From the NCBI GenBank assembly GCA_016845365.1, contig JAERST010000003.1, positions 8,961-72,960 of the forward strand: DNA of 64,000 nucleotides. The letters run 5' to 3'. This DNA is from Methanobacteriota archaeon. GTDB taxonomy: Archaea; Thermoplasmatota; Poseidoniia; Poseidoniales; Thalassarchaeaceae. Within the stretch, counting starts at the first letter, position 1, and each line of letters begins with the position of its first letter. Shown in pieces: positions 47,394 through 56,711 of this stretch. The notes under the pieces were generated by a model. The model was not told where the DNA came from. It made no database searches and worked only from the letters and a program-made list of their open reading frames with translations. The translations under genes were made by a program, and so were the position numbers.

Positions 47394-48145
47394 TCTTCAT
47401 CGTCCTCGTCTTCATCTTCCTCATCCAGGTCATCTTCATCTTCTTCTGTAGACGAATCATCAGAGTCAGAGTCCTGCTCATCAGTTTCATCTTCATCTAT
47501 CACTTCAGACGTATTATCGTCCGAGGAATCACTCGTATTTTCATCATCAATTTCGCCCTCGGATGTTGAATCCGATGAATCATTTTCAGAGGTTTCTGCA
47601 TCATCCTCAACTGAGCCACTTCCGTCTTGAGGATTCATTGAATCGTCTGCTCCTGAATCCTCATGAGATTCATCATCTACTTCGCCATCGGAGTCAGAGG
47701 CCCCCTCACTGTTTTCTTCATCTTCGAAGTCATCCACTTCGTCTTCCCCTTCTTCATTGTCAATGTGACCTCCATCTTCGTCGACTTCGTCCTCATCCTC
47801 GTCCCGGTCGTCCCAATCATCGTCTTCATCGTCCTCCTCATCCCAATCGTCGTAGTCGTCGTCATCATCCCAATTATCATCATCATGCTCGGTCATTACG
47901 TTGTCGAAGATCTGTTGATCACTCGTAGATGACACGGCTGAACTTGAGCTAGCAGTTGTTGTTGAATCAATTGCAGAAGGTGAATCAGTTGTCAATGAAC
48001 CTTGGTTCTGACCTAGTGAAGATGAGTCTGTGTTGATTCCATCTTCGGTTACCAATCCATCTGATGGGATGAACACAGCGGTTAACCCACCGAGTACTAG
48101 TAAGCCAATTGTCAAAACAGCTGTCGCGAATTGTTGTCGTTTCAT
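47390..48145 (-). CDS. Membrane-anchored hyper-acidic (Asp/Glu-rich) low-complexity protein
   Basis: ATG at 48145 gives MKRQQFATAVLTIGLLVLGG anchor, a Ser/Thr linker, then about 190 aa that are mostly D/E with interspersed Trp (DDDNWDDDDDYDDWDEEDDEDDDWDD). Confidence 0.65.
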   Translation of the reverse strand: MKRQQFATAVLTIGLLVLGGLTAVFIPSDGLVTEDGINTDSSSLGQNQGSLTTDSPSAIDSTTTASSSSAVSSTSDQQIFDNVMTEHDDDNWDDDDDYDDWDEEDDEDDDWDDRDEDEDEVDEDGGHIDNEEGEDEVDDFEDEENSEGASDSDGEVDDESHEDSGADDSMNPQDGSGSVEDDAETSENDSSDSTSEGEIDDENTSDSSDDNTSEVIDEDETDEQDSDSDDSSTEEDEDDLDEEDEDEDDED

Positions 48146-48186
48146 CGTTATCGAACCTTGGCATAGAGCTAGGGTACATAGGACGG

Positions 48187-48223
48187 TTGGCACAATGGTC
48201 GACAATGTCGAAAATTGTGCCAA
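48187..48223. promoter_or_regulatory. 37-bp nested palindrome in the divergent promoter region (candidate operator)
   Basis: TTGGCACAAT-gg-TCGAC-aat-GTCGA-aa-ATTGTGCCAA. Lies between divergent starts at 48145 (-) and 48259 (+). Confidence 0.5.
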
Positions 48224-48258
48224 GAAGTATGAATAATGATGGAATTAACCGGAGAACA

Positions 48259-48564
48259 ATGTCTCTTGACTATGAAATACTTGAATTTGGATTGGCCGCA
48301 GCTGCTGGGCTCCTAGCTCTCATTCCATCTGGTTTGACCTTCGCTGCATGGAGGAGAACTCGAAGTCCACGGATATTTTTTGCAATGTTGGCATTTTTCT
48401 CCTTCACTATTCGAGGATTAATTCTGGGTATTCTCTTCATTAGAGGCTCTCCTGAAATATATCACGAAATTGCTGAATTTGGAGGAGATATTGTAATCAT
48501 CACTCTGTTTGTTATCGCCTTCATATCACCATCAAGTGGTAGTGTGCTAGAAGAAGAGGAATGA
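48259..48564 (+). CDS. Small three-TM membrane protein
   Basis: ATG at 48259 preceded by ggag. 101 aa with three hydrophobic helices and a C-terminal EEEE. Confidence 0.55.
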   Translation: MSLDYEILEFGLAAAAGLLALIPSGLTFAAWRRTRSPRIFFAMLAFFSFTIRGLILGILFIRGSPEIYHEIAEFGGDIVIITLFVIAFISPSSGSVLEEEE

Positions 48565-48585
48565 ATTACAGAAGAGTTGAGATTG

Positions 48586-49116
48586 ATGGGTAAGAAAGGT
48601 CGCCGATTGACTCGAAGAGTCAATGAGCGTAAGCGTATGCTCCTCGAAGTAATTGCTCGAAATCCAGGAATTCATCTTCGTGCCCTTGAAAGACAATCTG
48701 GAATTGCGTTAGGCGCTTTGAGGAATCTACTGGATTCACTCATCAATTCGGATTTAATCCTAGAATCTCAAATCGATGGCCGTAGAGTATTCTTCTCATC
48801 TCGAGGCATCGAACCTGATGATCAGCGAATCGTCGCACTACTCAGAAAGAGTCAACTTCGCCAAATTGTTGAATCTCTTCTACATCATGGTAGCCGGAGT
48901 AGGAAGGAGCTTCGTGAAGAACTCAACATCCCCAGAACCACACTTCGAGGCCATTTGGACCGCATGGCTGCAGCTGGATTATTGGAGCTAGGGAAACAAA
49001 TATCCCTAACCGACCCAATCCGGATACAACGAATATTACTTCTCACTCGGGAGAGTTTGATTGAGAGAATGGTTAACTCTGTGATTGAGATTTTTGATGA
49101 AAACCATTCGATGTGA
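48586..49116 (+). CDS. Transcriptional regulator with two winged-helix (ArsR/MarR-like) domains
   Basis: LLEVIARNPGIHLRALERQSGIALGALRNLLDSLINSDLI and SRKELREELNIPRTTLRGHLDRMAAAGLLEL. Confidence 0.7.
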   Translation: MGKKGRRLTRRVNERKRMLLEVIARNPGIHLRALERQSGIALGALRNLLDSLINSDLILESQIDGRRVFFSSRGIEPDDQRIVALLRKSQLRQIVESLLHHGSRSRKELREELNIPRTTLRGHLDRMAAAGLLELGKQISLTDPIRIQRILLLTRESLIERMVNSVIEIFDENHSM

Positions 49117-49156
49117 ATCAATATTCGATAAGCAAGGACTGGCTATTCCAATTTCA

Positions 49157-50038
49157 TCAGATTTCGATGCCAAACCATCCACGTAACGCGATACCAATTC
49201 CGAATGAAATCGCGCTGACCACAACCAAAATTCCAGCCATTTCAGTAAAGCGCTTTCCAAATGATTCATCCTGTGCCACCGCTACATAGCCGTTGAAAGC
49301 GGCAACGATGCCCAAACCAATCCCTAGCGTGCAAACAAGAGCCTGCATGTGTGGTTCTAAGCCGAGGCGCAGAGGATCTTCGCCACTTAGCAAAAGATAG
49401 GGCATGACTAACAGCATGACTGTCGCGATGTAAGCGATTCCAGTGAACGCAGCTGCCTTCAGCGGGGAGCGACCATCGTTCTCTTCTTTAGTTGCCAAAT
49501 ACTCTGAAGCCGCCATCGAAAAAGATGCTGCTATTCCTGTAACAAGGCCAGCTAAAGCAACAAGATTTAGCGATTGAAAAGCGAAGGTCAATCCGGCTAA
49601 AGCGCCGGTTAATTCGACGAGGGCATCAGAAAGTCCAAGAATTACAGAACCGAGATATTGCAAGCCTTCTTCTTCCAAGAGGCCGACTAATTCTGCCTCG
49701 TGTGCTTCTTCCTCTTCCGCAATTTCATCGAGGCCTAATTCACGATATTCAGAAGCCATTTTCTTCTCGCTATTTTCCATCATTTTGACAGTAAAAGTGA
49801 GACCAAAAAATCTCGCTAACAAAATCTGCCAAATCACCATTAATCGATTGATTTTGACAACTTCTCCTGTCCGCTCAGCAATCACCGCTTCATGCCGCTC
49901 TTCTTCGCGTGCAATACGTTCGAGAACCTCACGATTCGCCTCATCTTTCTGGGCTCTTGCAAGTCGTCGGTAGACCTCCGCCTCGGTCGCTTCCATTCGT
50001 TGGAGGCGGAGCAGTCGGCGGCGGGTGGATTCTTCCAT
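49157..50038 (-). CDS. VIT1/CCC1 family iron transporter with N-terminal ferritin-like domain
   Basis: N-terminal EAEVYRRLA...EEERHE di-iron-like helices. C-terminal five-TM VIT1 region (GLSDALVELTGALAG, MAASEY). Confidence 0.85.
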   Translation of the reverse strand: MEESTRRRLLRLQRMEATEAEVYRRLARAQKDEANREVLERIAREEERHEAVIAERTGEVVKINRLMVIWQILLARFFGLTFTVKMMENSEKKMASEYRELGLDEIAEEEEAHEAELVGLLEEEGLQYLGSVILGLSDALVELTGALAGLTFAFQSLNLVALAGLVTGIAASFSMAASEYLATKEENDGRSPLKAAAFTGIAYIATVMLLVMPYLLLSGEDPLRLGLEPHMQALVCTLGIGLGIVAAFNGYVAVAQDESFGKRFTEMAGILVVVSAISFGIGIALRGWFGIEI

Positions 50039-50140
50039 GCAATTTGTTTCCGCCGCCGTACCTCATGAACTCATCTGATTGATTCCGTCAGGTTCACGCA
50101 ATTTCTGAGATGTTGTTGCGCACTAGGCGTCAGAACTCTC

Positions 50141-51991
50141 TTGAGTGTGCCAAGACGCGCGAAGCGCGTGTCCCGTACCATTACGAGTCTATTTCTGGTG
50201 CTGCTTTTTGCGGCACCGATGCTTTCAGGATGCTTCGGTAGTGATGGCATCGGTAGCGACTCAGGTAACTCTGATCATTGGCTTCCGCCGGTCGAGGAAC
50301 GAGCCCATTTGACCTATGAGAACGGCGATGTTTTCAGCCGAGTCTCAAATAATGGAAGCCACGGAATCGATGCAGTGCGCTCCGTTTATGTCTCTGTTCC
50401 AGCGATTACAGCTTCTGATGGCGGAGCTGGTGTAACCGGCGGGGCAGAAGTTCATCTTGGACTCTGGCTGCCACAAATCGAAGGCTGTGATTACGATGCA
50501 GCAGAACTACCAGAAGAATGCAAAGTTCCCGTCATCGCCGAAATTGGCCCATATTACGACGACGGCGATGTCGACGCGCTGACACCGGCAAACCGACTCG
50601 GTCGATTCCTCATCGAAAACTACGTCCCGCACGGATACGGAGTCGCTCAAGTCAGCGTCTTCGGTACCGGCGAATCCAACCACTGCATGGACCTCATGGG
50701 ACTCGACGAGCAGGAGGGAATCCACGCAGCAGTCGAGTATCTTGGAACTGCTCCATTCTCAAACGGAGCCGTCGGCATCATCGGAAAATCCTACGACGGC
50801 TCTACACCTTGGGAGGCGGCAGCGATGGGCTCTGAATATCTCAAGACCATCGTGCCGATGTCCGGACTAATCGGGGTACAGGACCTCATGTGGCGCAATG
50901 GCAGCATGGAGGCACGCGGCGCCATCATGCACAACGGGGTGTACGGAAGCTTCGGTCTAGACGGCGATTCGGGAGATATCGAGAATGCCTGTGAGGGTTA
51001 TGTCGAGGGCTATTACGCAGGACCGCTAGCCTATGTGACCGGCGACAACCTCGCCTGGATGGGCTCGGATTATTGGCAGGAACGCCACTTCCTCACGCGC
51101 GCGATGGAGAACTACGCCGGCTCGGTCTACATCATCCACGGACTACAGGACTGGAATGTCGACCCGCACATGGCCTTCCCCGTTCACCGCATGATGCAGG
51201 ACGCTGGATTCGATGTCAAGGGACTCTACGGTCAGTGGGGCCACGATTACCCCGACCGGATGAGCGGCCATCAGGGGCTTTCGAGTGGGCGGGGCGGCGA
51301 GGCTTTCCCATTTACTCTGCGCTGGGACTGGGCTGACGATATGCTCGAGTGGTTCGATTTCTACCTCAAGGGCGAAGGGCCACAGCCTCGTTTAATCGCT
51401 GAAGTTCAGGATAATATGGGCGGCTGGCGAGTCGAATCGACCTATCCGCCAGCCGAGCAAGAATGGCTGCGAATGGGTATGGATGAGTGTACCATTATTG
51501 GCGGTGGAGAGACGATTACTTCCTCTTCCAATCTTCGCATCGAGTGCCCATTCTTCGATGAGGCAACCCGAATCGTTGGCACTCCTACCTTCCACGTCGA
51601 TGCGACGGTGTCTGCCTTCTCGACCAGTGGACACCTCTTCGTTGAGATGGTTCAGGCGAGCACCGGAATGCATCTTGGCCACGCGGTGATGGACCTTCGA
51701 TTCCACGCGGGTGGCAAGAATGGTGAGGTGCTCGGACCGGGCGAGACTGTGAACGCGAAGATGGAATTCTTCGGCATGGATGTGCTAATTCCTGCCGGTG
51801 ATGGAATCCACTTGATTATCTCTCAAACCGGCGAAGATTACATCCCGAGCCCGGTCTCAATGCAACCGGTTACGGTTGGAGTTGGGGCGACCAGCATCCT
51901 TTCTCTTTCTACCGTCCTTCGCGGCTGTGACGACCTCTTCATGCCGCCGATGATGGCCGACCCTTACCCTCAGTGTGTAGCGGAGGAGTAA
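50141..51991 (+). CDS. Secreted CocE/NonD (S15, X-Pro dipeptidyl-peptidase-like) hydrolase, lipobox-like signal
   Basis: Signal [18 protein letters not shown]. Nucleophile elbow [16 protein letters not shown]-terminal beta-sandwich. Confidence 0.8.
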   Translation: MSVPRRAKRVSRTITSLFLVLLFAAPMLSGCFGSDGIGSDSGNSDHWLPPVEERAHLTYENGDVFSRVSNNGSHGIDAVRSVYVSVPAITASDGGAGVTGGAEVHLGLWLPQIEGCDYDAAELPEECKVPVIAEIGPYYDDGDVDALTPANRLGRFLIENYVPHGYGVAQVSVFGTGESNHCMDLMGLDEQEGIHAAVEYLGTAPFSNGAVGIIGKSYDGSTPWEAAAMGSEYLKTIVPMSGLIGVQDLMWRNGSMEARGAIMHNGVYGSFGLDGDSGDIENACEGYVEGYYAGPLAYVTGDNLAWMGSDYWQERHFLTRAMENYAGSVYIIHGLQDWNVDPHMAFPVHRMMQDAGFDVKGLYGQWGHDYPDRMSGHQGLSSGRGGEAFPFTLRWDWADDMLEWFDFYLKGEGPQPRLIAEVQDNMGGWRVESTYPPAEQEWLRMGMDECTIIGGGETITSSSNLRIECPFFDEATRIVGTPTFHVDATVSAFSTSGHLFVEMVQASTGMHLGHAVMDLRFHAGGKNGEVLGPGETVNAKMEFFGMDVLIPAGDGIHLIISQTGEDYIPSPVSMQPVTVGVGATSILSLSTVLRGCDDLFMPPMMADPYPQCVAEE

Positions 51992-51995
51992 GCCG

Positions 51996-53543
51996 ATGTC
52001 GCGCCCTGAGAGCAAGGTGAATATCGCCGTTGCTGACCGCATTTTGCTGCATCTTTGGGAGCAGGACCATCAGGCTGACCACTACCTTGTGAGCCGTGAG
52101 GTCACTCGCCCGGGAATCGCAGAAATTTGCGCTCTTCACCCGCCTAACGTCTCACGCGCGATGCGCGATCTCGCATTCGATGGAATGGTCTCAGAGCACA
52201 CTCGGGTGGTTCGCGGGGACGAGCGCCGGCAGAAGACTTGGCAGCTGACCGAGGAGGGTCGCGAACAAGTTGGTCGCAGGTTACCCGAACTTCGACAGAC
52301 CAAGGTTTTGCTACGCGAGCGCGGTGGAAATTTGTTGGAAGTCCGCGCTGATGAGGCCGGGGCTCGGCTTGAAACCGGTCTGACCTTGCTACAAGTTTTA
52401 ATGCACGCCCAACACGAAGGTGTGCTGAACTTTGGAGACATTCGATTCGGCGCAATCGTTCGGGCTGAGAAGGAGGAGGCAGCCGCGCCAGGTTCGCTCA
52501 AATTACTCGCTGGCGCGCACTCAACATACCACACGCGCCCTCCGGAGACTCGCACGGTTCATGGGCGCGAATCTGAGGTTCAGACGCTTGATGATTGGTT
52601 TGAGGGCGATGCCTCGATGGTGGTCATTTCTGGCATCGCCGGATGTGGAAAAACCACTCTGACTAGCCATTGGCTTGAGCACGCCCTCGAATCGAATCCC
52701 AGCCTAGAGGTGATGTATTATCCATGCCAACCTTGGGATTCCACCCTCGGAATCGCCACCAGTCTACTTCACAGGTTGGGAATTAGTTCTGAGAACGAGG
52801 GCGAGGACCCCTACGAAGTCCTCGAAGCGCTACCGTTGAAACCGGGAGCGCGCCTCGATCTCGACCTCTACCGCCGCCGTCTGATCGCACACTTGCTCGA
52901 TGAGGAAGGACGTCGAGGTGAGGCGGCGGATTCGCATCTTGTCATCCTTGATGACGTACACAATATCGGCGCTGATGGAGCGAATTTCTTCGGAGCACTC
53001 CTCCAAGTCGCTGAGTCGACCAGCATGCGTCTGCTGCTGGTCTCCAGAACCAATCTCGCATTTTACGACCGACGCGACGTGCACACGCGCGGTCGCGTCG
53101 TCGAGTTACGATTGACCGGCCTCTCACTTGAAGAAGTTGCAGAATGGATTGACTCAATCGAGCTTCCCTCGGACGCTCCGGCGGAGGAAATCCATCGCGG
53201 CACCGGCGGCCATCCACTCGCGGTTGAATTGCTGGAACTTTACGGCAAAACTCTGCACGATGATTGGTTGCGATTCCTCGATGAGGAAATTCTCGACGTT
53301 CTTCCAGACGACCATCGAGAATTGCTGGCCTTGCTCGCGGTTGCCGACCGCCCAATTCCTTGGGAAAATTTGGCGGCGGCTGCCGGATACGATGGAACGC
53401 CGCCAGAAGCGCTCGTCACTCGCGGCTTGATGCTCGAACTCGAGAGTGGAATGTGGCTGCATGAAGCCCTGCGCTCGCGATTATTGCGCGAGGTCGGCCA
53501 ACCTCTGGAAGAGCGCGCTCGCAAATTGCGAGAATCTCTGTGA
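51996..53543 (+). CDS. wHTH-fused STAND/AAA-type P-loop NTPase
   Basis: N-terminal MarR-like wHTH. HGRESEVQTLDDWF...VVISGIAGCGKTTL Walker A. LVILDDVH Walker B. Helical C-terminal region. Starts 4 nt after the peptidase gene, with ggaggag upstream. Confidence 0.7.
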   Translation: MSRPESKVNIAVADRILLHLWEQDHQADHYLVSREVTRPGIAEICALHPPNVSRAMRDLAFDGMVSEHTRVVRGDERRQKTWQLTEEGREQVGRRLPELRQTKVLLRERGGNLLEVRADEAGARLETGLTLLQVLMHAQHEGVLNFGDIRFGAIVRAEKEEAAAPGSLKLLAGAHSTYHTRPPETRTVHGRESEVQTLDDWFEGDASMVVISGIAGCGKTTLTSHWLEHALESNPSLEVMYYPCQPWDSTLGIATSLLHRLGISSENEGEDPYEVLEALPLKPGARLDLDLYRRRLIAHLLDEEGRRGEAADSHLVILDDVHNIGADGANFFGALLQVAESTSMRLLLVSRTNLAFYDRRDVHTRGRVVELRLTGLSLEEVAEWIDSIELPSDAPAEEIHRGTGGHPLAVELLELYGKTLHDDWLRFLDEEILDVLPDDHRELLALLAVADRPIPWENLAAAAGYDGTPPEALVTRGLMLELESGMWLHEALRSRLLREVGQPLEERARKLRESL

Positions 53544-53640
53544 ATTTTCCTCTCGCTGCGAGCGCGGAGGGCGCGGTGGTTCCAAAGACCAATGAGTCGG
53601 CTCGGCGTTCCCGCGTAAAGCGGCGAGAATTGTCGCGCTC

Positions 53641-53958
53641 TCACGCCATGTGGCGGTTCAACCACTGGTCGAACATAGGCTTCGGCATTGCCCCACCCTG
53701 CTGGTCAACGAGTTGTCCATTGTGGAATAGAAGGAGGGCGGGAATGCCGCGGATTCCGAATTTACCGGCCGAAAGAGGGTTGACATCGGTGTTGACCTTT
53801 GCAACGGTCACCTCACGCTCGCCAGCGACTTGCTCAAGCACAGGAGCAATCATCTTGCATGGGCCACACCAAGGTGCCCAGAAGTCCACGATAACCCACT
53901 CATCGCTCTTGGTTACTGCATCGAAGTCCGCGTCGCCTGCGTCAATCACTCTACCCAT
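53641..53958 (-). CDS. trxA: Thioredoxin
   Basis: VDFWAPWCGPCKMIAP, 105 aa. Confidence 0.9.
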   Translation of the reverse strand: MGRVIDAGDADFDAVTKSDEWVIVDFWAPWCGPCKMIAPVLEQVAGEREVTVAKVNTDVNPLSAGKFGIRGIPALLLFHNGQLVDQQGGAMPKPMFDQWLNRHMA

Positions 53959-54072
53959 TCAATCGCCTCGGGATTCCTTCGCTGCATCGGCGTCCTATGA
54001 ATCCTATTGCGAACGAATGAGTCCGAACTGTTGAGAACCGAAGGCGATTCCCACGGTGCGAGGGGAGCCATC

Positions 54073-54753
54073 GTGGAGGTCGCACCGAGCATCTTGACAG
54101 CCGACTTCGCACGGCTCGGCGAGACCCTCGAAGAGGCTGTCGAAGCCGGCATCAATTGGATGCACTTGGACGTGATGGACGGCAATTGGGTGGTCAACAA
54201 AACCATCACATTCGGGCCGGCACTAATCCGCTCAATCCGCAATCGATTGGGCCCGGATGCCTTCATCGATTGTCATTTGATGATTACCAACGCCGAGGAA
54301 ACTTGGTCGCAGTACGTCGATGCGGGGGTTGACCTGGTCATCGCACACATCGAGGCGGTGGACGATGCGGCCGCGCTAATCGCCAACCTCCACGCGGCCG
54401 ACTGTCAAGCCGGCCTCGTCCTAAATCCCGACACACCAGCCGAAGCAATCCTACCCTACCTTCCCGAACTAGACCTCGTACTGGTGATGTCGGTAGTTCC
54501 CGGAAAGGGAGGACAATCCTTCATGCCGGAAGTCGAGGACAAAGTCCGCGCCTTCCGCGCCGCCATCGATAGCCAAATCGCAGACGGCGGCCGCCCAACC
54601 AAATTGATGATCGACGGCGGCATCAAAGACCACAATTCTGCCCAAGTCGCAGATTGGGGAATCGATGTCGCGGTCGTCGGCAGCGGCCTCATCAACGACC
54701 GCGGAACCATCGCCGAAAACCTCGCAGCAATCAATCGCGCCCTCGCCCAATAA
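54073..54753 (+). CDS. rpe: Ribulose-phosphate 3-epimerase
   Basis: APSILTADFARLGE, HLDVMDG, MSVVPGKGGQSF, DGGI. Probable GTG start at 54073 after gagggga (the track ORF begins with a TTG at 54007). Confidence 0.9.
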   Translation: MEVAPSILTADFARLGETLEEAVEAGINWMHLDVMDGNWVVNKTITFGPALIRSIRNRLGPDAFIDCHLMITNAEETWSQYVDAGVDLVIAHIEAVDDAAALIANLHAADCQAGLVLNPDTPAEAILPYLPELDLVLVMSVVPGKGGQSFMPEVEDKVRAFRAAIDSQIADGGRPTKLMIDGGIKDHNSAQVADWGIDVAVVGSGLINDRGTIAENLAAINRALAQ

Positions 54754-54850
54754 TCCACCCGCGCCAGCCCAATGAGCCAACTCTTCGCTGCTCCAACCCT
54801 TCCCACGAGCGCGCGAGCATTCAAATCACACCAGCCCGGGCAACCATCCA

Positions 54851-55177
54851 ATGGTCTCCGAGGAATGGATGGTCGCTGAAGTCCTCAAGGTCGTCCCCGA
54901 CGCTACCGTCGAGGCCAAGGACTTGCACGGTAGCGGCGACCATTGGCACGTTCGCGTGATTTCAGCAAGCTACGAAGGGGTGCGGCCGTTGCAGCGACAA
55001 CGGCCGATTTTGCGCCACTTCAAGCCGCATATCGCGCAGAACTCTGTCCACGCGCTTGACCTCAAGTGCATGACGCCCGAGCAGGCCGCGCAGGCTGGGG
55101 ACACGTCTTTCGACCCTCACGGCGGGGGGGAGATGGAATTCTTCGGAGTACACATCCGCCGACCCGAAAAGGAGTGA
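54851..55177 (+). CDS. BolA family protein
   Basis: GSGDHWHVRVISASYEGVRPLQRQRPI...HALDLKCMTP, typical BolA. Confidence 0.8.
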   Translation: MVSEEWMVAEVLKVVPDATVEAKDLHGSGDHWHVRVISASYEGVRPLQRQRPILRHFKPHIAQNSVHALDLKCMTPEQAAQAGDTSFDPHGGGEMEFFGVHIRRPEKE

Positions 55178-55181
55178 GAAA

Positions 55182-55514
55182 ATGACCTTCAATTGGACAC
55201 CCGCAGAACTCGACGCCCTCGTCAACGAACACCGAATCGTCCTCTTCATGAAGGGCACACCGCAGGAGCCGCGCTGTGGATTTAGCAACCGCGCGGCGAT
55301 GGTTTTGAGCCAAATTGGCGAGCCATTTACCAGCGTCAATGTGCTGATGGATCGCCGGGCCATTCCATTGGTTTGTGAGTGGGCCGACTTCCCTACAATG
55401 CCTCAGATTTACATTCACGGTGAGCTCATCGGAGGCTCCGATATCGCCCTCGAAATGTATCAATCAGGCGAGTTGCAACAAATGATCGCCGATGGCGACG
55501 AAGCCTCTGAGTGA
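55182..55514 (+). CDS. grxD: Monothiol (CGFS) glutaredoxin, Grx4 type
   Basis: VLFMKGTPQEPRCGFSNRA, WPTIPQ-like FPTMPQIYIHGELIGGSDI. Confidence 0.9.
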   Translation: MTFNWTPAELDALVNEHRIVLFMKGTPQEPRCGFSNRAAMVLSQIGEPFTSVNVLMDRRAIPLVCEWADFPTMPQIYIHGELIGGSDIALEMYQSGELQQMIADGDEASE

Positions 55515-55523
55515 GGGGATTTC

Positions 55524-56456
55524 GTGGCGACGGCTGAGGACCGTCGCACGATGTTGATAGCACTTGCAGGTGCGACGATAATCTCCTTCGCTCCGCTTCT
55601 CTACATTCGCTCTGACACCGCTCCGCTGACCGGAGCTTTCTACCGAATGTTGTACGCTTTGCCGCTGCTTGCGATTCTGGTTTGGATGGGTAAGCGCGAG
55701 GATGGGCGTGACTCCCGTTCGCGCTGGCTTGCCTTCGGTGCCGGCGTATTATTGGCGATCGATTTCGCCGGCTATCACACCGCGATTGATTACGTTGGAA
55801 GCGGTATCGCCACAATGACCGGAAATACGCAAGTCATCATTGTGACTTTGGTAAGTTGGTGGTTATTCGGCGAGCGACCCAATCGCTTCATTCTGCTCGC
55901 TTTGCCGATGGTGATGTTTGGCTTGGTGCTGATTTCAGGAATCTGGGATGACGCGGCTTACGGCAAGGACCCTGTGAAAGGCGTCATGGGAGGAGTTGTC
56001 GCTGCAGTCTTCTATTCCTCATTCTTGATTCTCTATCGTCAATCGAATCGCATCGGTGCTCCAGCGGTCAATGCGCAATTTGATGCAACCGCTGGCGCAA
56101 CACTCGGCTTACTCTTCCTCGGCTCGATCCCGCTCACAGGCATCGGCATCGAGCCGATCAACCACGGATTCACTTGGCCAGGCCACGGCTGGCTAATCGC
56201 TCTGGCAATCTCCTGCCAAGTCATCGGCTGGATTGCAATCACCTACGCCCTGCCCCGATTGCCAGCCGCTCACACCTCGTTCGCAGTCCTATTGCAACCG
56301 GTGCTCACAATCGTCTGGGGAGTTCTGCTCCTCGGCGAATCACCCTCCATGATGCAATCCAGCGGTATGGTTCTGATATTCGCCGCAATCATCGCCGTCA
56401 CACTCTTCGGCGCGGCCGATAGCAGCGCTGACTCCGCGCCGAATCCTGCCGAATGA
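55524..56456 (+). CDS. EamA/DMT superfamily transporter
   Basis: GTG start after gagggga. Ten predicted TM helices in two EamA-like halves. Confidence 0.8.
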   Translation: MATAEDRRTMLIALAGATIISFAPLLYIRSDTAPLTGAFYRMLYALPLLAILVWMGKREDGRDSRSRWLAFGAGVLLAIDFAGYHTAIDYVGSGIATMTGNTQVIIVTLVSWWLFGERPNRFILLALPMVMFGLVLISGIWDDAAYGKDPVKGVMGGVVAAVFYSSFLILYRQSNRIGAPAVNAQFDATAGATLGLLFLGSIPLTGIGIEPINHGFTWPGHGWLIALAISCQVIGWIAITYALPRLPAAHTSFAVLLQPVLTIVWGVLLLGESPSMMQSSGMVLIFAAIIAVTLFGAADSSADSAPNPAE

Positions 56457-56459
56457 ATT

Positions 56460-56495
56460 GCGGCCGCGCTCGGGCAAATCGAGCCTCGCGGCCGC
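56460..56495 (+). terminator. Strong GC hairpin after the DMT transporter gene
   Basis: gcggccgcgctcg...cgag(cct)cgcggccgc; a 9+4 bp stem beginning 4 nt after the stop. Confidence 0.45.
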
Positions 56496-56711
56496 TTCCG
56501 ATAGGTGTACAGGGCGAGAGACACAAGCGAGGGGATGGGATGCACTCAGCGAGAACCTCAACGGCCCCGTACGAGCCAGCCTTAGAGCCCGCGATTGATA
56601 ATCGTTGTGCGAATCACGCTTCTTAGACCCGCAAACGCTGCACTGAGCGCCTATTCATCCTGAGCATCCACAACTGGCACACAATAAAATCGCGGCACCG
56701 CGCCAATAATT

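Larger units (their letters stand above)
46006..50140. other. AT-rich compositional island (five genes, 46068-50038)
   Basis: Visibly lower G+C and A/T-ending codons relative to flanks (estimate by eye, not computed). No integrase, tRNA or flanking direct repeats seen. Confidence 0.5.

Noticed and set aside
47400-47930. Highly repetitive tcatc/gtcctc-type DNA that looks superficially like a repeat array. The same applies to the regular repeats at 27430-28630 and the acidic repeats at 61200-62050.
   Set aside because: All of it is in frame inside long ORFs and encodes Asp/Glu low-complexity or TSP3 repeats. There is no repeat-spacer periodicity and there are no cas genes, so these are not CRISPR arrays.
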